Shown here piece by piece: positions 24,731-38,726 of a stretch of DNA of 64,000 bases; the stretch's first letter is position 1, and every line of letters begins with the position of its first letter. Under the pieces are notes generated by a model. That model worked only from the letters and a program-made list of their open reading frames with translations. It searched no databases and was not told the origin of the DNA. Made by a program: the position numbers and the translations under genes. The DNA comes from the human T2T-CHM13v2.0 reference genome, Homo sapiens. The DNA lies in the NCBI RefSeq assembly GCF_009914755.1, contig NC_060941.1; one strand, written 5' to 3'.

Positions 24731-27700
24731 TGACCATGTCCCATACTCTCCTGCTTTTGAAACTCTCGCAGAAGGGGTCCCAAAGCTAACAATATAAAGT
24801 CCATGCTATTCAGCTCTCTATTCAAGGCCTGAGGGGCCCAGCCCACCCTTTCTGTGTTCCCAACAGATTCCTCCTCTTACATGACTATGGCTAAGAGCAC
24901 TGGCCCTGGAGCCAGATGGCCAGGCTGAAGCCAGTTCTATCATTTGCCGGCTGGGTGACTCTGGGCAAGTTACTTCCTTTTAGGTGTCAGCTTTCTCATG
25001 TGTAAAATGGGATTATACTAGCACTATCTTCCTTATAGGGTGGTTGTGAGCATCAAATAAAATAATCCATATACAGTACTTTGCCATAATGCTATGACTT
25101 AGTACGAGCTCAACAGGCGCTCGCTGGTGATGGCGTCTGTGGGATCAACTGAATTGCTTATACTGATACCTATATGTGTACCTGCCTCTACCTCACTTCC
25201 CACCTCCATCCCTATGCTCCATCTCTCTCCAGCCCTTCTTTGTCCGGCTGATCAATTCTGACACAGCACCGTCTGACAGCCGCACCACACTACCATATGG
25301 TCACGATACGGTCGGGATATGGTCGCCAATGACTGTCTCCTCATGCTGGCCTGCAACCTGCAGAGGGTGAAACCCTTCCCTGTCCACTGTGTATCATGAG
25401 AGCCTGGTGTGGCACCTGACAAGGAGCAGGTGTTCAGGAAGTGTTGAAGCAAAGTCACACTTCCATGGACTAGTGCATGCTTTGGCGGAGATGGACTCCA
25501 GACACACACGGGTGCTGATGAAGGTCACCTCCATGCCCATGCCCACATCCCATCACGTCCACATTTCAATCCTCTGCCCAGCACTCCCCACCGTCTAGTA
25601 TGTTCCTTGTTTATTTGTGTGTGCTTTGATCATCTGTCCCCCTACTTGCCCCTGCACGAAAATTTGAGCTCCATGAGGACAGTGATTTTGTCTGGCTTGT
25701 TCTTTGCTGTCTCCCCAGAGCCAAGGACAGAGCCTGATGCATATTAGGAGCTCTATAAATATTTGTCGAATGGATGAAAAGACGGGGAGACTGGGAGGCT
25801 ACTTCTTTAAATATGGCAGCCAGGCTGAGGTCTGGGTAACCATAAAGAGCCGAGGTTGCAGAAGGAACAAAAAGAGCATTCTAAGGAGAGAGAATGGTGC
25901 AGCCTTGGGCTTGGAGCATCTGGGGAGCAGCGAGGGGGCCAGCACAGCCTGCGAGGGGAAGGAAGGGTCTGGTTGAAATGGGAGGGTGGACACCGAGAGG
26001 AGATTGCAGTTGTCCAGGGGGCAACCTGCTGGTGTTTCCAGCCCCTGGGGCTGAGCTGGGGGAGGGAGCCCTCTGTTCCCAGCCCCCTGACACAGAATCT
26101 CCAGGCACTGCCTGGAAGCAGCAGCAAGGATTGAAGGCTGAACCACAGAAAAATAAGAGCTAATCCTTATTGAGCTCTTACTGTGCTAGGCACTGTTCTA
26201 AGTGCTTTACAATTACTATCTCATTTGAGCCTCCCCACAGCCCTACAAAGAAGGGACTCCAGGAATCCCCAGGGCAGCCTTAATTTGCCCGAGGGCATAA
26301 AGCTGGTGAGGAGCCGGTCAGGGTTACAGACAGACGGTCTAGCTCTGTTGGTAAGCATTAAGCATGCTACACCCTCTCTGAAGCAGAGATGGGAAGGAAT
26401 TTTGAGTCCAACCTCTCATTGTATGGATGGGAAAACTGAGGCTCAAGGAGGACAGGAGGACACCTTTGGCCAAGGGGACAGAGGGAGTTAAGGAGAGTGG
26501 CTCCCAGGCCAGGGATCTGGCATCCTCTACCCTTCTGGCACCTAGCTGGTGCCCAGCCAACTCAAAACAGGGAGAGGGGTCCCTTGCTCCTGACTCTGGG
26601 CCATATCAGCACCATGGCCATCTTACCTTGGAGGGGCTGGGGAGCAAGGGGACTCCTAAGGGGCTTGGTGGTTTTGAGGCAAGGTGGGCCAGCCTGTCCT
26701 GGGTCCTCTGCTCTATGAGGCTCTCCCTCCAGCTTCTATCTCTTCCCTCTTCTCTGTTCCTGCCCTCCTTCCCTATCCTCCTCCCCCTCTTCCTGCTCCT
26801 CCCAGCCCTGGGCAGTGGGAATTCATAAATATTTAATGGCCTTTCACATCAGGAAGCAGTGAGGACGCAGCTACCTCAGCAGTGAGGAAAACAGGCAGGG
26901 GTTGGTGTGGGGAGTAGAGGGTAGGGAGGTTGGGGAGTAGGGGCAGAAAAGCCCAGGGAAGGGAGAGCTCGTTTCCGTCAGGCCTGGGCTTAAGTCAGGC
27001 CTGAGTAGGGACAGACACTGAGATTGAGGCCCTGAGGCAGTTCAAGGCTAGGGGAGCTGGAGGAGACTGGGATGGGAAGCAGCAGTTCCTGGCATGACCA
27101 GGGGAGAGAGGGAAGAAGGGAGAGATGAGGAGAAGCTGGGGACCCTCTGGCATAGGAGCCCCTCGAGGAGCAGGCCGCTCTCACCCTCTCCCTCATTCCT
27201 CCAAGTTCCTTTGCTCAGGACTCCTCCTGACTCCTCCACCGGAATCCCGCTGGGAAACCGGCTTTCCGCCCCAGTGCATGCTGGGAACTCTGCCCAGCTG
27301 GGGTGGTTTCTTTCTCCAGTCCACACAAGAGAAGATTGCAGGGGGTAAATGATGGTACCGTGGTGTGTGCATGCACCCCAGTGTGTACTGAGGACGTGGG
27401 CGTGCAGGCCAGCATGAGGGGGCCAGCCTGGGGGTATTGAGGCTGTGTATGTTATGCATTTGATTTCAGCACACATCCAAGCAGGGTGAGGTCCCTTGCA
27501 CTTATTTATGTGACTTGGAGGTAACGTGTGTCATCTGGGCTGGAGTTTACAGATGTATAGGATAGTCACTAAGAGCAGGAAGTCTGGCAGTTTGGGGTTC
27601 TAGTCCCAGCCCTGCCACTAACTTGCAATGTGATCTTGAAAGCAAGTCACTTCAGCCCTCTGTACCCTACACTCCTGGTCTGTAAACTGGGCTTACATTA

Positions 27701-27850
27701 TTGTAAGGGTTAACTAATACAGTGCATGTGAGATGGGGGTGCTTAACCTAGTATCTGGCATAAGAGAAGCACTTAATAAATGGAGACCCTTATTGTTATA
27801 ACTGGTGTGTCCACTAAGATAGTGGTGACAAAGGGTCAGGCCACAATACC

Positions 27851-27870
27851 TGCATGCGTGCACGCGCACG

Positions 27871-27906
<36 letters not shown>
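27851..27906. repeat. Alternating purine-pyrimidine tract (CG/CA)n
   Basis: tgcatgcgtgcacgcgcacgcgcgcgcgcacacaca... Confidence 0.9.
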
Positions 27907-27909
<3 letters not shown>

Positions 27910-28013
27910 AAGCTGCCAAGAAGCACCCTATCCCCTTCAATGCCTGGTGGCCCAGGAAGGAAGTACTCTATGGCTGTGTCTATTGGCTAGAGATAGAGCC
28001 ACACAGAACTTAC

Positions 28014-28056
28014 CAAAAACTTCATCCACGGGTTCTCGGAGCTTTGAAGAAGCCAT
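28014..28056 (-). CDS. SAMD14: SAMD14 exon 2 coding part (exon spans 28014-28068)
   Basis: cttcccag|CTCTCTTGAGTC-ATG GCT TCT TCA AAG...TTT G|gtaagt; MASSKLREPVDEVF; in-frame TGA ends 3 nt before the ATG. Confidence 0.93.
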
Positions 28057-28587
28057 GACTCAAGAGAGCTGGGAAGGACAAGAGGGGAGAGAAAGAAAAA
28101 GAGAGCCTGGGTTAGAGATTCAGGCTGACCGAGGCAGAAGAGATGTGGAAGGCTACCTGCTCCAGGCCTGTTGGCCCCTCCCCTTACCTTAGAACCCTTC
28201 TTCTGTCCCCTGGAAGAGAAGCCACTGGAATCATAACCCAGATGGTGGGCGCCGGGGCAGGCAGTATAGTAGGAGGGTGGGGGCAGACGCAAAACCAAGG
28301 CACAGACACAGGCTGAGCCCTGTGGTCCTGGTATCCTGGTCCACTGATTTGCTGTGTGCCTTCACGTGGGTCACTGAACTTCTCCCCTTCACTGTCTTGG
28401 GCCTTCGCATCATTAGCATCCCCTAAAAGCTTTCAATCATCAACTGTCCAATCAAATCTGGGAGAAGTCATGGAGATTATTAAATCCAATCCTCTCATGT
28501 TACAAATGAAGAAACAGAAGGGGGAGTGATTGGCCCAAGATCACATAGCAAGTTAATGGCAAAATCAGGACCAGGACCCAGGTTCTA

Positions 28588-28750
28588 CCATCCGTCTACC
28601 CACCTATGCACTCATCCACCTATCTACTTGCCTACTCATCATCCATTCACTCACCCATCTATCCACCCATCCGTCCATCCCACATCTGCTCCCATGCACC
28701 CAACACCTGCCGCCATCTGTCCATCCACCTATCTTTGCATCCATCAATTC
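28588..28750. repeat. Degenerate (CCAT)n simple repeat
   Basis: ccatccgtctacccacct...catccattcactcacccatctatccacccatccgtccatcc. Confidence 0.75.
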
Positions 28751-29315
28751 TCCATCTCTTTTCCAATCCTGCCTCCCCCTTCCCTACACCCCCATCACTG
28801 GTGCCCTCACCACCTGCCTTTCTGAACAAGAGCTGTTCAGGAAGCTGGCACCATCAGCAGGGCCACTGTTCCAGACACAGTTCTCACAGTTCTTGACAGA
28901 CTCATAGATGTAGGAGGGTACGAGGAATACACACAGCACACAATGGACAGCCAAACCTCTATGATGCAACTATGTTCTGGGAAGAAGTGTGAATGGGTAG
29001 GGTTTTTTTTGTTTTGGTTCAAGGTTTTTTGGTGGGAAGCAAGAAGGGAGGGCAGATAGGGAAGGATATATATAGCTGAAACCATTTGAATAGGCTTTCA
29101 AGCAGATGTAGGATTCCAGTAGCCCTAGGGAGCCCACTGGCCAGGGGATACTGGCTGGGGGGAGAGTGAGGAAGCCCAGGGGCCATTGATGGTTTAAGGC
29201 AAGGGGACGCTGCATGGCTGAGACATGACCTCCAATTACTTCTAACACTCAGGTCCCCAGGAGAATGGCAAGGCACTGAGCTAGATCATACATGTGTCAG
29301 ATGTAGGAAGGCTAG

Positions 29316-29702
<387 letters not shown>

Positions 29703-29783
29703 TGGGAATTTTCATATCCCCACTTTACAGATACATATCGCCACTTTACAGATGTGAAAACTGAGAAACAGGAGATGAGAGGA

Positions 29784-30264
<481 letters not shown>

Positions 30265-30417
30265 GAGGCAGAACTCAGCCTTGAGCCAGGGCTCCTGCCC
30301 CTCTGCGCTATCCTAGGTGATGATCTTCAGTTTAGGGGTGGAGGAAGAGATAAGCATAGAGGGAGGGAAGCTGCTCCACACTGACCAGGACTGGGAGAAG
30401 CATCAAAACCACCTCTA

Positions 30418-30781
<364 letters not shown>

Positions 30782-30859
30782 TCATCAGGGAAGCAGACTC
30801 TCCGAGAACCCTCCTGCCATTCTTGAACTCCAGGGGCTACTAGCAAAGATCTAGAACAT

Positions 30860-30980
30860 TTCTTCCTGTCCTGACAGGCCAGATGGGAAGGAAGGCTGAC
30901 CCTAAGAATTAACCACATTTCCTGATTCAACCACAAAGCCTTATCTGGCTAGGACCCAGCTGCCACCTCCTTCAGGAAGC
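30860..30980. promoter_or_regulatory. GATA/E-box/RUNX/ETS composite enhancer candidate in SAMD14 intron 1
   Basis: TTATCT(30941)-N10-CAGCTG(30957); AACCACA at 30911 and 30929; ETS cores at 30862, 30917 and 30973. Confidence 0.65.
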
Positions 30981-31573
30981 TGTCCTAGGTAGCCCTCCCT
31001 CCTCTCATTTGTCTTCGTAATTTCTAAATCCACCCTTCTCCAACTACTGGGAAATGGGGAATTCTTCATACTTCACTGATTCCTTAAATAGGTCTCATCT
31101 CCCCCCCACCAATCAGATGGGAGCCCAGAGAAGAAAGGGTCCACGTATTCTTCCGTCAGACTAGGGACTGTGAAGACAGGAACTGCCTCTCCCATCAGAA
31201 TGGAGGCTCTCTGAGGGCAGTAGTGTTGTCTCCTTTCTGCCTCTGAGAATGAAGATCCTGTGTTCTTTATTCAAGAGCCCATTCCAGGGTCGAGATCCTC
31301 TGCTGGCTGGAGTCCTCCTCTTCCAGGCACCCTCTGGGCTGGATTGGGGTTTCCTGCTCAAAGCCATTCTCGGTCCATCCTGATTCAGCACAAACTGCTC
31401 TCTTTTCTTCCCTTCAACAACTAACTTTCTGGGGTGTGTAGGGGGACCCTCCCTACATTGTGTCCAGGGGGTCACCAGACCCCTCCCACCCAACCCTCTC
31501 CTTCCAAAACTGAGCCTAGAAAAATTAGACACCAAACCCGCCCCCACTCTCACTCCCACACACACCCCGCACA

Positions 31574-31581
<8 letters not shown>

Positions 31582-31618
<37 letters not shown>
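31582..31618. repeat. (CA)18 microsatellite
   Basis: Direct reading. Confidence 0.95.
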
Positions 31619-31620
<2 letters not shown>

Positions 31621-32619
31621 ATTCAGCCAGGTAACTGCACAAGGGTGGGATTGAACCGGTTCCTCTGGATACCCTTCCCCCCAAGGCTTCCAATCCTGGA
31701 GAAGGAGCACCAATGACCTTTGACCCTTCTCTGGGAGAAAGGGAGGCAGGTGAGCTCACAGCCTCTTGGGACCCAGGAGAAGGAGAAAGGAAGAAAGGGC
31801 GCACAATTCCTGGGGAGGGAGCGGGAGCGGGAGCGGAAGGAAGTGAGGAGTAGGAAGAAGCAGAGACAGACACACAAACTGGCGGAGAGTCCACAGGGCT
31901 GCTGAGAAGAAAGAGATCACACCGAGAGTGGGGCCACGGGAACTGGCACTGGGAACAAGGGCTTCCGCCGCTCTAAGTGACGCCCGAGGGTGGGAGAGAA
32001 GGGAGAAGCCCTTCGGGCAGGCGATAGGAAAGGGCCCCTGAAGAGGAGAAAGCGACAGAGAGAAGTGCAACTGGGAGAGGCCGGGAAGAGGTGGATGGGA
32101 AAGGAGACTAGCGGTCGGGGAGGCAGTTGTGGAGCCAGAGAGGTGGTCCCCCCTTCCCATATCGCCGGCCGTCCACTGGCCCCAGGCTTGGGGTAGTCCT
32201 CAGGAGTCGGGCACCCCCTCAAAGCACTGTTGGAGATGGGGTGAGGTTGGGGACAGGGCACCTACTCCACTCTCAGAGCCCTTCTCCCCAGTCAGAGCCC
32301 GGTGGCTAGTTTCTCTCCAAACCATCAGCACAACTCCCCGCCGGGCAAGAAAGAGTTAAGCCCTCTCCCCCTCCCCCCACACCAGCTTTTTATTAATTTC
32401 TCCGGGCGTCGGGCGGGAGGGAGGGGATTAGGGCCATAAATCCTATCTCCGCCCCCTCCCCTGACAGCCCGGCACCCCAGCCCCGTGCGGTCCCCCTAGG
32501 GATAGGGGAAGAAAGGCCCTTGTCGCTTAGCCCTGCCCAACCCCACTCAGGGTCCCACCGCGGGCCCGAGTGGCCCTAGCCCCAGTTCCCGGTCCACCCC
32601 AGGGCGCCCGGCCCCTCAC

Positions 32620-33000
32620 CTCCGGCATCGGTCATCTTCAGCGTCTGGCGCCCCGGGAACCCCTCAGGCCCATGGTGCTCGAGGCGGGGGCCGGGCAGGA
32701 GAGGGGTGGGGGGACCGTCACCCCGGCCGCGGGGGGCTCCGGGCGGGCTCGAGCCGCTCCATCCCGGGGGTGGGGGTGAGGTCGGCGGGAAGGGTCCCAG
32801 AGCCGGGGGAGATGGAGGGCGGGGGATGTGGGGAGAGGGAACAGGTTCGCTGGAAGCAGGAGGCGCGGGCGGGGCTGGACCAGGAGACCTGACGGGAGGA
32901 TGCTCCGTGTGTGTGTGCGTGTGCGTGTGCGTGTGTGTGTGTGTGACAGAGAGAGAGAGAGAGAGAGAGAAGAGCGAAGAGCGAGCGCCACCTCCCTCCC
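32620..33000 (-). other. SAMD14: SAMD14 non-coding exon 1 (5' end uncertain)
   Basis: Donor GGAG|gtgagg at 32620/32619 inside a CpG island. Confidence 0.7.
32907..32969. repeat. Compound (GT/GC)n(GA)n microsatellite in the SAMD14 promoter / 5' UTR
   Basis: gtgtgtgtgtgcgtgtgcgtgtgc...gagagagaga. Confidence 0.9.
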
Positions 33001-33773
33001 CGCCCCTGCCGCCCGCCAGGCCTGGCCGGACGCGGGGCCCCCGCCTGGCAGGGCCGATTCGCGCGGCGTCGCGTCGGCAGGGGTCCGCGGGGGTCTCCGG
33101 GGAAGGGGCGTCGGGGTGGGGGGCGCGTGGCGGAGAAGCCGGGCGCCCAGGAGACAAAGAGCGGGAGGGAGCGAGGGGGCGGGGGCGGGGGAGGGCGGCG
33201 GGGAGGAGGCGGCTGGGGCCGGGGAGCGGAGTTGCAGCTACTTCTCTGCCCGCGGGAGACGCGGCGCACCGGAGTCTGCGCGGGTGGGAGCGGCTCCGGG
33301 GCGGTCCCGCCACGGGACCCACGGGGCTTCCGCCTCCTCTGCCGGGTCCATCAGGGCTCCCGATTAGTTCATTCATTCAACAAACGTCCGCCGAGCAGCC
33401 GGGGCGCCGAGGCTGGAGGGGACAGCGGTGAACAGAACCCCCGCCCCCTAACTGCGCTCAAGGCCAGTGGGCCAGTCGGGGGCTCAGACGAGTGGGGAGG
33501 CCCTCACGAGCCTGGGCGCCATGGGCCCAGCTAACAGAGGGCACTTCTTGCCGGAAGGGAGAGCGCACCCCTGGCCCGGCCTGGGTCCAGGCGGCCGCGG
33601 CGGGAGCTGGGCTGGGGGATTCCCAGAGGATGTGATGTGTTGGCTACAACTGCGGGCCAGGGTAGGGAAGTGCCAGGGGGTGTTGGGGGTGGGAGGGCAA
33701 GAGGGGAAGATAAATTGAAGCTGGGGAGGTGCAGGGGGCTTGCACTTTATTCTACCAGCCGCCCACCCCGCCG

Positions 33774-33775
<2 letters not shown>

Positions 33776-33812
<37 letters not shown>
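33776..33812. repeat. (CA)n microsatellite
   Basis: Direct reading. Confidence 0.95.
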
Positions 33813-33817
<5 letters not shown>

Positions 33818-33988
33818 TAAGAGGAGGGAGGGGCTCAGGTGTGCATTTAGGAAGCACCCTTGGCTCCCCTGGAGACAGGGTTACAGAGGGCACTCTGAAG
33901 GCAGGGAGACCCGCTGGAGGCTATTGAGGGCCGGTGGCAGTGGGCATAAAGATTACAGATTAAGCTGAGAGCCCTTCAGGATGCAGGC

Positions 33989-34018
33989 CTGAAGAAGCTG
34001 ACACTGAAGAAGCTGACA
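33989..34018. repeat. 15-bp perfect tandem duplication (ctgaagaagctgaca)
   Basis: Direct reading. Confidence 0.85.
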
Positions 34019-34346
34019 GGATTTGGGGACCTGCTGGACTAGGAGGTGAGGGAGGAGGGGTCTAGGATGGCTGTGGACCTTGGCTTGAGGCAGGAAGCCC
34101 TGGAGCAGGTGGGGGTGGGGACGGATGAGATCAGACTTGGACCCAGTGCGCTGATGGTAGTGGCAGGCCAGCCAGGGAGGCAATGCAGGGATCCACAACC
34201 AGCTACCGCACGTCACAGCTTGGCAGGTGCCAGGCGCTCTCAGATCATCTATTGTCACCCTCACAATAAACCCACAAGGTGGGTGTTTCCATTACCCACT
34301 GCCTCAGAGAAAACAGAGACTTAGAAGAAGGAAAGTGCTTTGCTCA

Positions 34347-34650
<304 letters not shown>

Positions 34651-36826
34651 GGCAAGTGGTGAAGCTGGATCAGGGGTCTAGAGTCAGAGGAGAGGTGTGG
34701 AGTCTATAGGACAGAGTTCCCTGATGGCCCACAGGACTCTGCAGTCCGAGGCCTCCGGGAAGTGGCCTGTTGAACCAGGACAATCTTGTGACTATGAGTG
34801 AGGACAGAATTAACAGCCTTTAGGGTCTGAGGGTATCCTAGGGGATTTATAGGAGTTTGGGGGTCTCTGGGTGTCTTCAGAATCTTCTGGCAGCCATGAG
34901 GCTAGATTGTGGAAATCTGGGGAAGGGGTGGGGTTTCTGTTGACAGCTGTGGGGGCTGCATCTGGCTGTCTTAAAGGGGTTGTGCTTTGTAGGCATCTGG
35001 TGAGATCTGAGTGGTGGGCTGTAGTGGGGGGCTTGATTATATAGACCCTGTACATCCCAAGGGGGTGGGGAGATGATGGGTATGTTTGCCAGGCCATAGG
35101 ACCCAGGAGGAGCCCCTGTTCCCCTATTCCTAGTGAGGCCTAAGCTTCTGAGGGTTGGCAATAAGTTGCCTTATTGGCAAGTGTTGGCAAACCTACTCAA
35201 GCTTCCAAAATTGGGCAAGTGAGTGGGGGGATAAGGAGGGTTTAAGGTGACAGGCCCACTTACAGCTACTTGACAAAGTCCCAAACATGGACATACTGTG
35301 TATCATGGGCAAGTCACAGCTCAGGCTTGAGAAACTCACAGCAAAGCCACACACACCTCCAGGCACACAACACACTTGGGCTTAAATGTGAGGGGTTACT
35401 TGGCCCACCGTTTGAAACATACTATGTATAGGCCCCTCACCTAACACACAGGACAGACGGGGAGTGGGGGAGGGACAGAGGGACCCCGCCCTGGATGCTT
35501 AGCCCCCATCGGCCCAGCAGAAACCCTCGAAACCTTCATGCCTGCCTCCCCACCCAGATTAAGACTACAGATTACAGGAAGGTCATGCCACTTCACTTCT
35601 TGGCTAGGTTTCCTGAGCAGGGCCTTGGTGGCCCTGGGGTTCAGTGACTTCTAACTCTGGAGCCATGACCTCTGACCCTGTGGTTTGGTGGTCTCTGATC
35701 TTGGGGATCAGACACCTTGATCCGTCTTCAGCATCCTTAGGGCTCCCAGAGTGTTCCAACAATCGTCCACATAGCAAAGATGCCTTGGGAAGAGTATTCA
35801 CTATCCCCAGGTTTCCAGGCAACCCTCAGGTGGGAGGCAGGATTGGACTGGCCTGAGGTGTAGACCTAGGGTTTTTGAGGGATAGCTATGGGAAGCCAGA
35901 ATTTGGCTTAGCATGAATGTGACCTGTGTGACACAGCCATCTACAAGGGAAGCTTCTGGAGCAGACTGTCCCTGGGGGTGCTGGCCACTCATCTGGATGT
36001 TGTTAAGGACCCACCAAGGTGACCTTGAAGGGCTCTGAAGTTGGGACTTCATTCCTTATGGCAAAGGTGAGAATTCCCTAGTGCCACACCACTGAGTGCA
36101 AGTGCCTCCATGCTTCAGGTCTCTGACATCTGCACACCAGCACCCCGGCAAGGAAAGGCTGGCCCTGGGGCCTGCCATAAGCTCCTGCCCCATTCCCTGC
36201 TGGCTCTCACCCCTCTGGGACTTCACCAAAGCTTGTCCCTGGAACTCTGGCACCTAGACTCCCAGACCCATTAGCATTTGAGCTGGTGAGTCAGCACACA
36301 GGCCTGCTGGCCCAGCACAGGGGCTGGGGCTATTTCAGGCCACTTGGCCCGCCCCAAAGGGCAAACAGATCCTCTAGGACCCTGGGTACTAAACTGCCAG
36401 GCAGTCACCTCCCACCCCCAGCAATCCTTTGATCCTTTACCTGCCTCACACCGGGTGCCTCTTGAGAGTGTCCCCACAGTTTAAAGGCCTTCTGGGGGAG
36501 GGACTTGGGGTTCACCTTGCTGTATTTAGCCCATCCTTTGAACTTCTTAGAGGCCCTGAAAAACGAATGCAGACTAAACAAACTCTCTAGAAACCCTCAG
36601 CCCTGCCCAGGAGGACTGGACAAAAAGCATGGGTGCTGATGGCTGGAATGGGGGCAGAAAAGCAGTTTGCTGGAACCGGAAACGGGGGGACACTGTAGGA
36701 AGTTCCTCAGGGTTAGAGGCAGCACTGGTGGGAGGGGACCACTGGGGCAGCCTGGCATCCTTGATCCCTGCCCACTCCCCACCTCAGTGAATCAAGAAAC
36801 CAGGCAGCAAGGCTCTGGGGGCTGCT

Positions 36827-36832
36827 TTTATG
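36827..36832 (-). terminator. Probable PPP1R9B poly(A) signal, non-canonical CATAAA
   Basis: Minus-strand CATAAA with upstream UGUA repeats (plus-strand tacataca near 36880) and a downstream GU/U-rich stretch; I saw no AATAAA in the 1.6-kb 3' UTR. Confidence 0.6.
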
Positions 36833-38407
36833 GGGACGACCTGACAGAGGGCATGGTCCGTACAAAACCGGGAACAATACATACATATATATATTATATA
36901 CAGAGATGCGGCCCTCCCGACGGCTGGGCAGGGGTGGCCGCTGGCCCAAGCAGCCCGAAGCGGCCCCGCCCACCCGGTTCCGCCCCCTCCATCTGCCGGG
37001 GTGAAGTGCGCGAGCCCAGGACTGAGACAGCCAGCTCCTTCAGGGGATGGGGGCACATCTGGGGATAGGAAGGGGTGGGGACAAGAAATACTGATCGAAG
37101 TCATGGTCTATTTACAGGGGACAAGAAGCCAAAACGGATGGGATGGGTGGTCTGTTTTTAAAAAATGAACAAAAACCCAGTTAGGGCAGGGGCATGAAGT
37201 GGCAAAATGAGATGGATTTTGAAAGGGGAGGGGACCTGGGGGAGGGGGTCTCACCTCCCTTGGTCCAAGCCCCAATTTGGGGTTAAAGTGGGGAAACAGA
37301 GTCGATTTCACTTAGAAGGCAGGCTGCCAGCAGGGCAGCCCTGGTCTCCAAAAAGATGAGTAGTAGTAAAATTTTGCCCTCCAGTCAAAACATTGGAAAA
37401 CCAGTAGGGGGTGGGGGCGAGGCTGACTCCCTGCAATGTCAGTAGGCTTCCAGGCATCGCCCTGGGCTGGGCAGACAGGGCAGCACAGGATAGGACCTGA
37501 CTCTCCAGGGAGAAATGTTCCCCTTGCCTAAGACCAGGGTCGCTGTAGCCAGACCCCCTTTCCTCCCTGGCATTCCCAGGCTTGACCAGGAAACCTGGAC
37601 CCCAGAGAGGCCACATAACAGTTCCAAGACGAGGTTATGGCTATTTGGCACCTGGAAGAGGGGAGGCACAAGGAGAAATTGAGGGCTGCTGCCCCAGGCA
37701 ATGGGGAGCTGGGGACCAGGTGTCCTGAACTCTCCCTTTTTCCCACTCTCACTCCCCCTTTTCCCGAAGGACACATGAGAAATCAGTGCAGGGCCAGGGC
37801 CAGGCCCAGCCTCCGGGCTCTGGGGTGGACTCTATCCCTCCCAGGACAGGGAACAGGGATGGGGGAGGTGTTGAGGCAACGCCCCCACCCCCCAGGCGGG
37901 AGGGTCAGAATGCAACAGAGACGGCACAATGATGGGGGGAGAGGGAAGGGCCGAGAAGGTAGAATCTCAAGTCAAGAGGCCCAGGGGCCACCCAGGTGCC
38001 CCATGGGCAGGGAGCAGCCCCCAGTTGGCAGATGCTGGGAGAGCCCCAGCCCCGTTCCAGTCCAGAGACAAAAGCTGGAGTGTGTAAAGTCTGGCAGTTT
38101 GATCTGCAGGTGCTTGTGTCCGTCGACCACCAGGCCAGCCCTCGGCAGCCCTCGGCCTCTGTGCCTCAGCCCCATGGGGCAAGAAAGAGGCTGCCCTTCT
38201 AGCCACCTCTGTCTGCCCAGGCCATCTTAAGGGGGCCTGTGATATGAGCCCTCTGGTCCCTGAAGCTGGGGGAGGTGGGGTGGAGGGGTGGGGGGAGTCG
38301 GGGCACCTGTCCCCAGGCTGGAAGGGGGAGGGGTGGGGTGTTGAGGACAGGGGAGGGAGGACAATGGGAGGGGGGTTAATTATTGTCCAGTCATGGAATG
38401 ATTCCTG

Positions 38408-38461
38408 TTAAGTAGAATTGGAATTCCTCAGTGTTTGCAAGTTTCCTTCCAGTTCTGAGAT
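38408..38461 (-). CDS. PPP1R9B: PPP1R9B exon 10 coding part to TAA
   Basis: gttttccag|ATCTCA; ISELEGNLQTLRNSNST*. Confidence 0.95.
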   Translation of the reverse strand: MSELEGNLQTLRNSNST

Positions 38462-38629
38462 CTGGAAAACAAAGGAGGGTAGGGGGTCAGGTCTGGACAC
38501 CAGGCATGATCCCAGCCCCTTCCGCCCCCCGGTGAGGACATGGCATCCCCTCCCTCCAGGACCCACAGGGTAGGGGCTTCAATGCTGCTCCCTCCACTGG
38601 GCCCTGCCCACAGGGCGCCCCGGGCCCAC

Positions 38630-38726
38630 CTTGTCCAGGAGCTTGTCCATCTCCTCCTTTCTGGCCAGCTCCGACTCCTCCAGAACCCGACGCTGTGCAG
38701 TCTCCTTTTTCAGGAACTCGATCTCC
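38630..38726 (-). CDS. PPP1R9B: PPP1R9B exon 9
   Basis: tgcccag|GGAGAT...GACAAG|gtgggc; [32 protein letters not shown]. Confidence 0.95.

Larger units (their letters stand above)
32400..33610. promoter_or_regulatory. CpG island promoter of SAMD14
   Basis: Very high GC and CpG density, GC boxes (GGGGCGGGG), G-runs at 33170-33230. Confidence 0.85.

Noticed and set aside
26606-26624. RE1/REST-like TCAGCACCATGGCCATC
   Set aside because: The right half-site lacks the critical GGACAG; too weak to call.
32576-33534. Several 180-266 aa ORFs at the SAMD14 promoter
   Set aside because: CpG-island and microsatellite artefacts (THTH, VCVC, ERER repeats).
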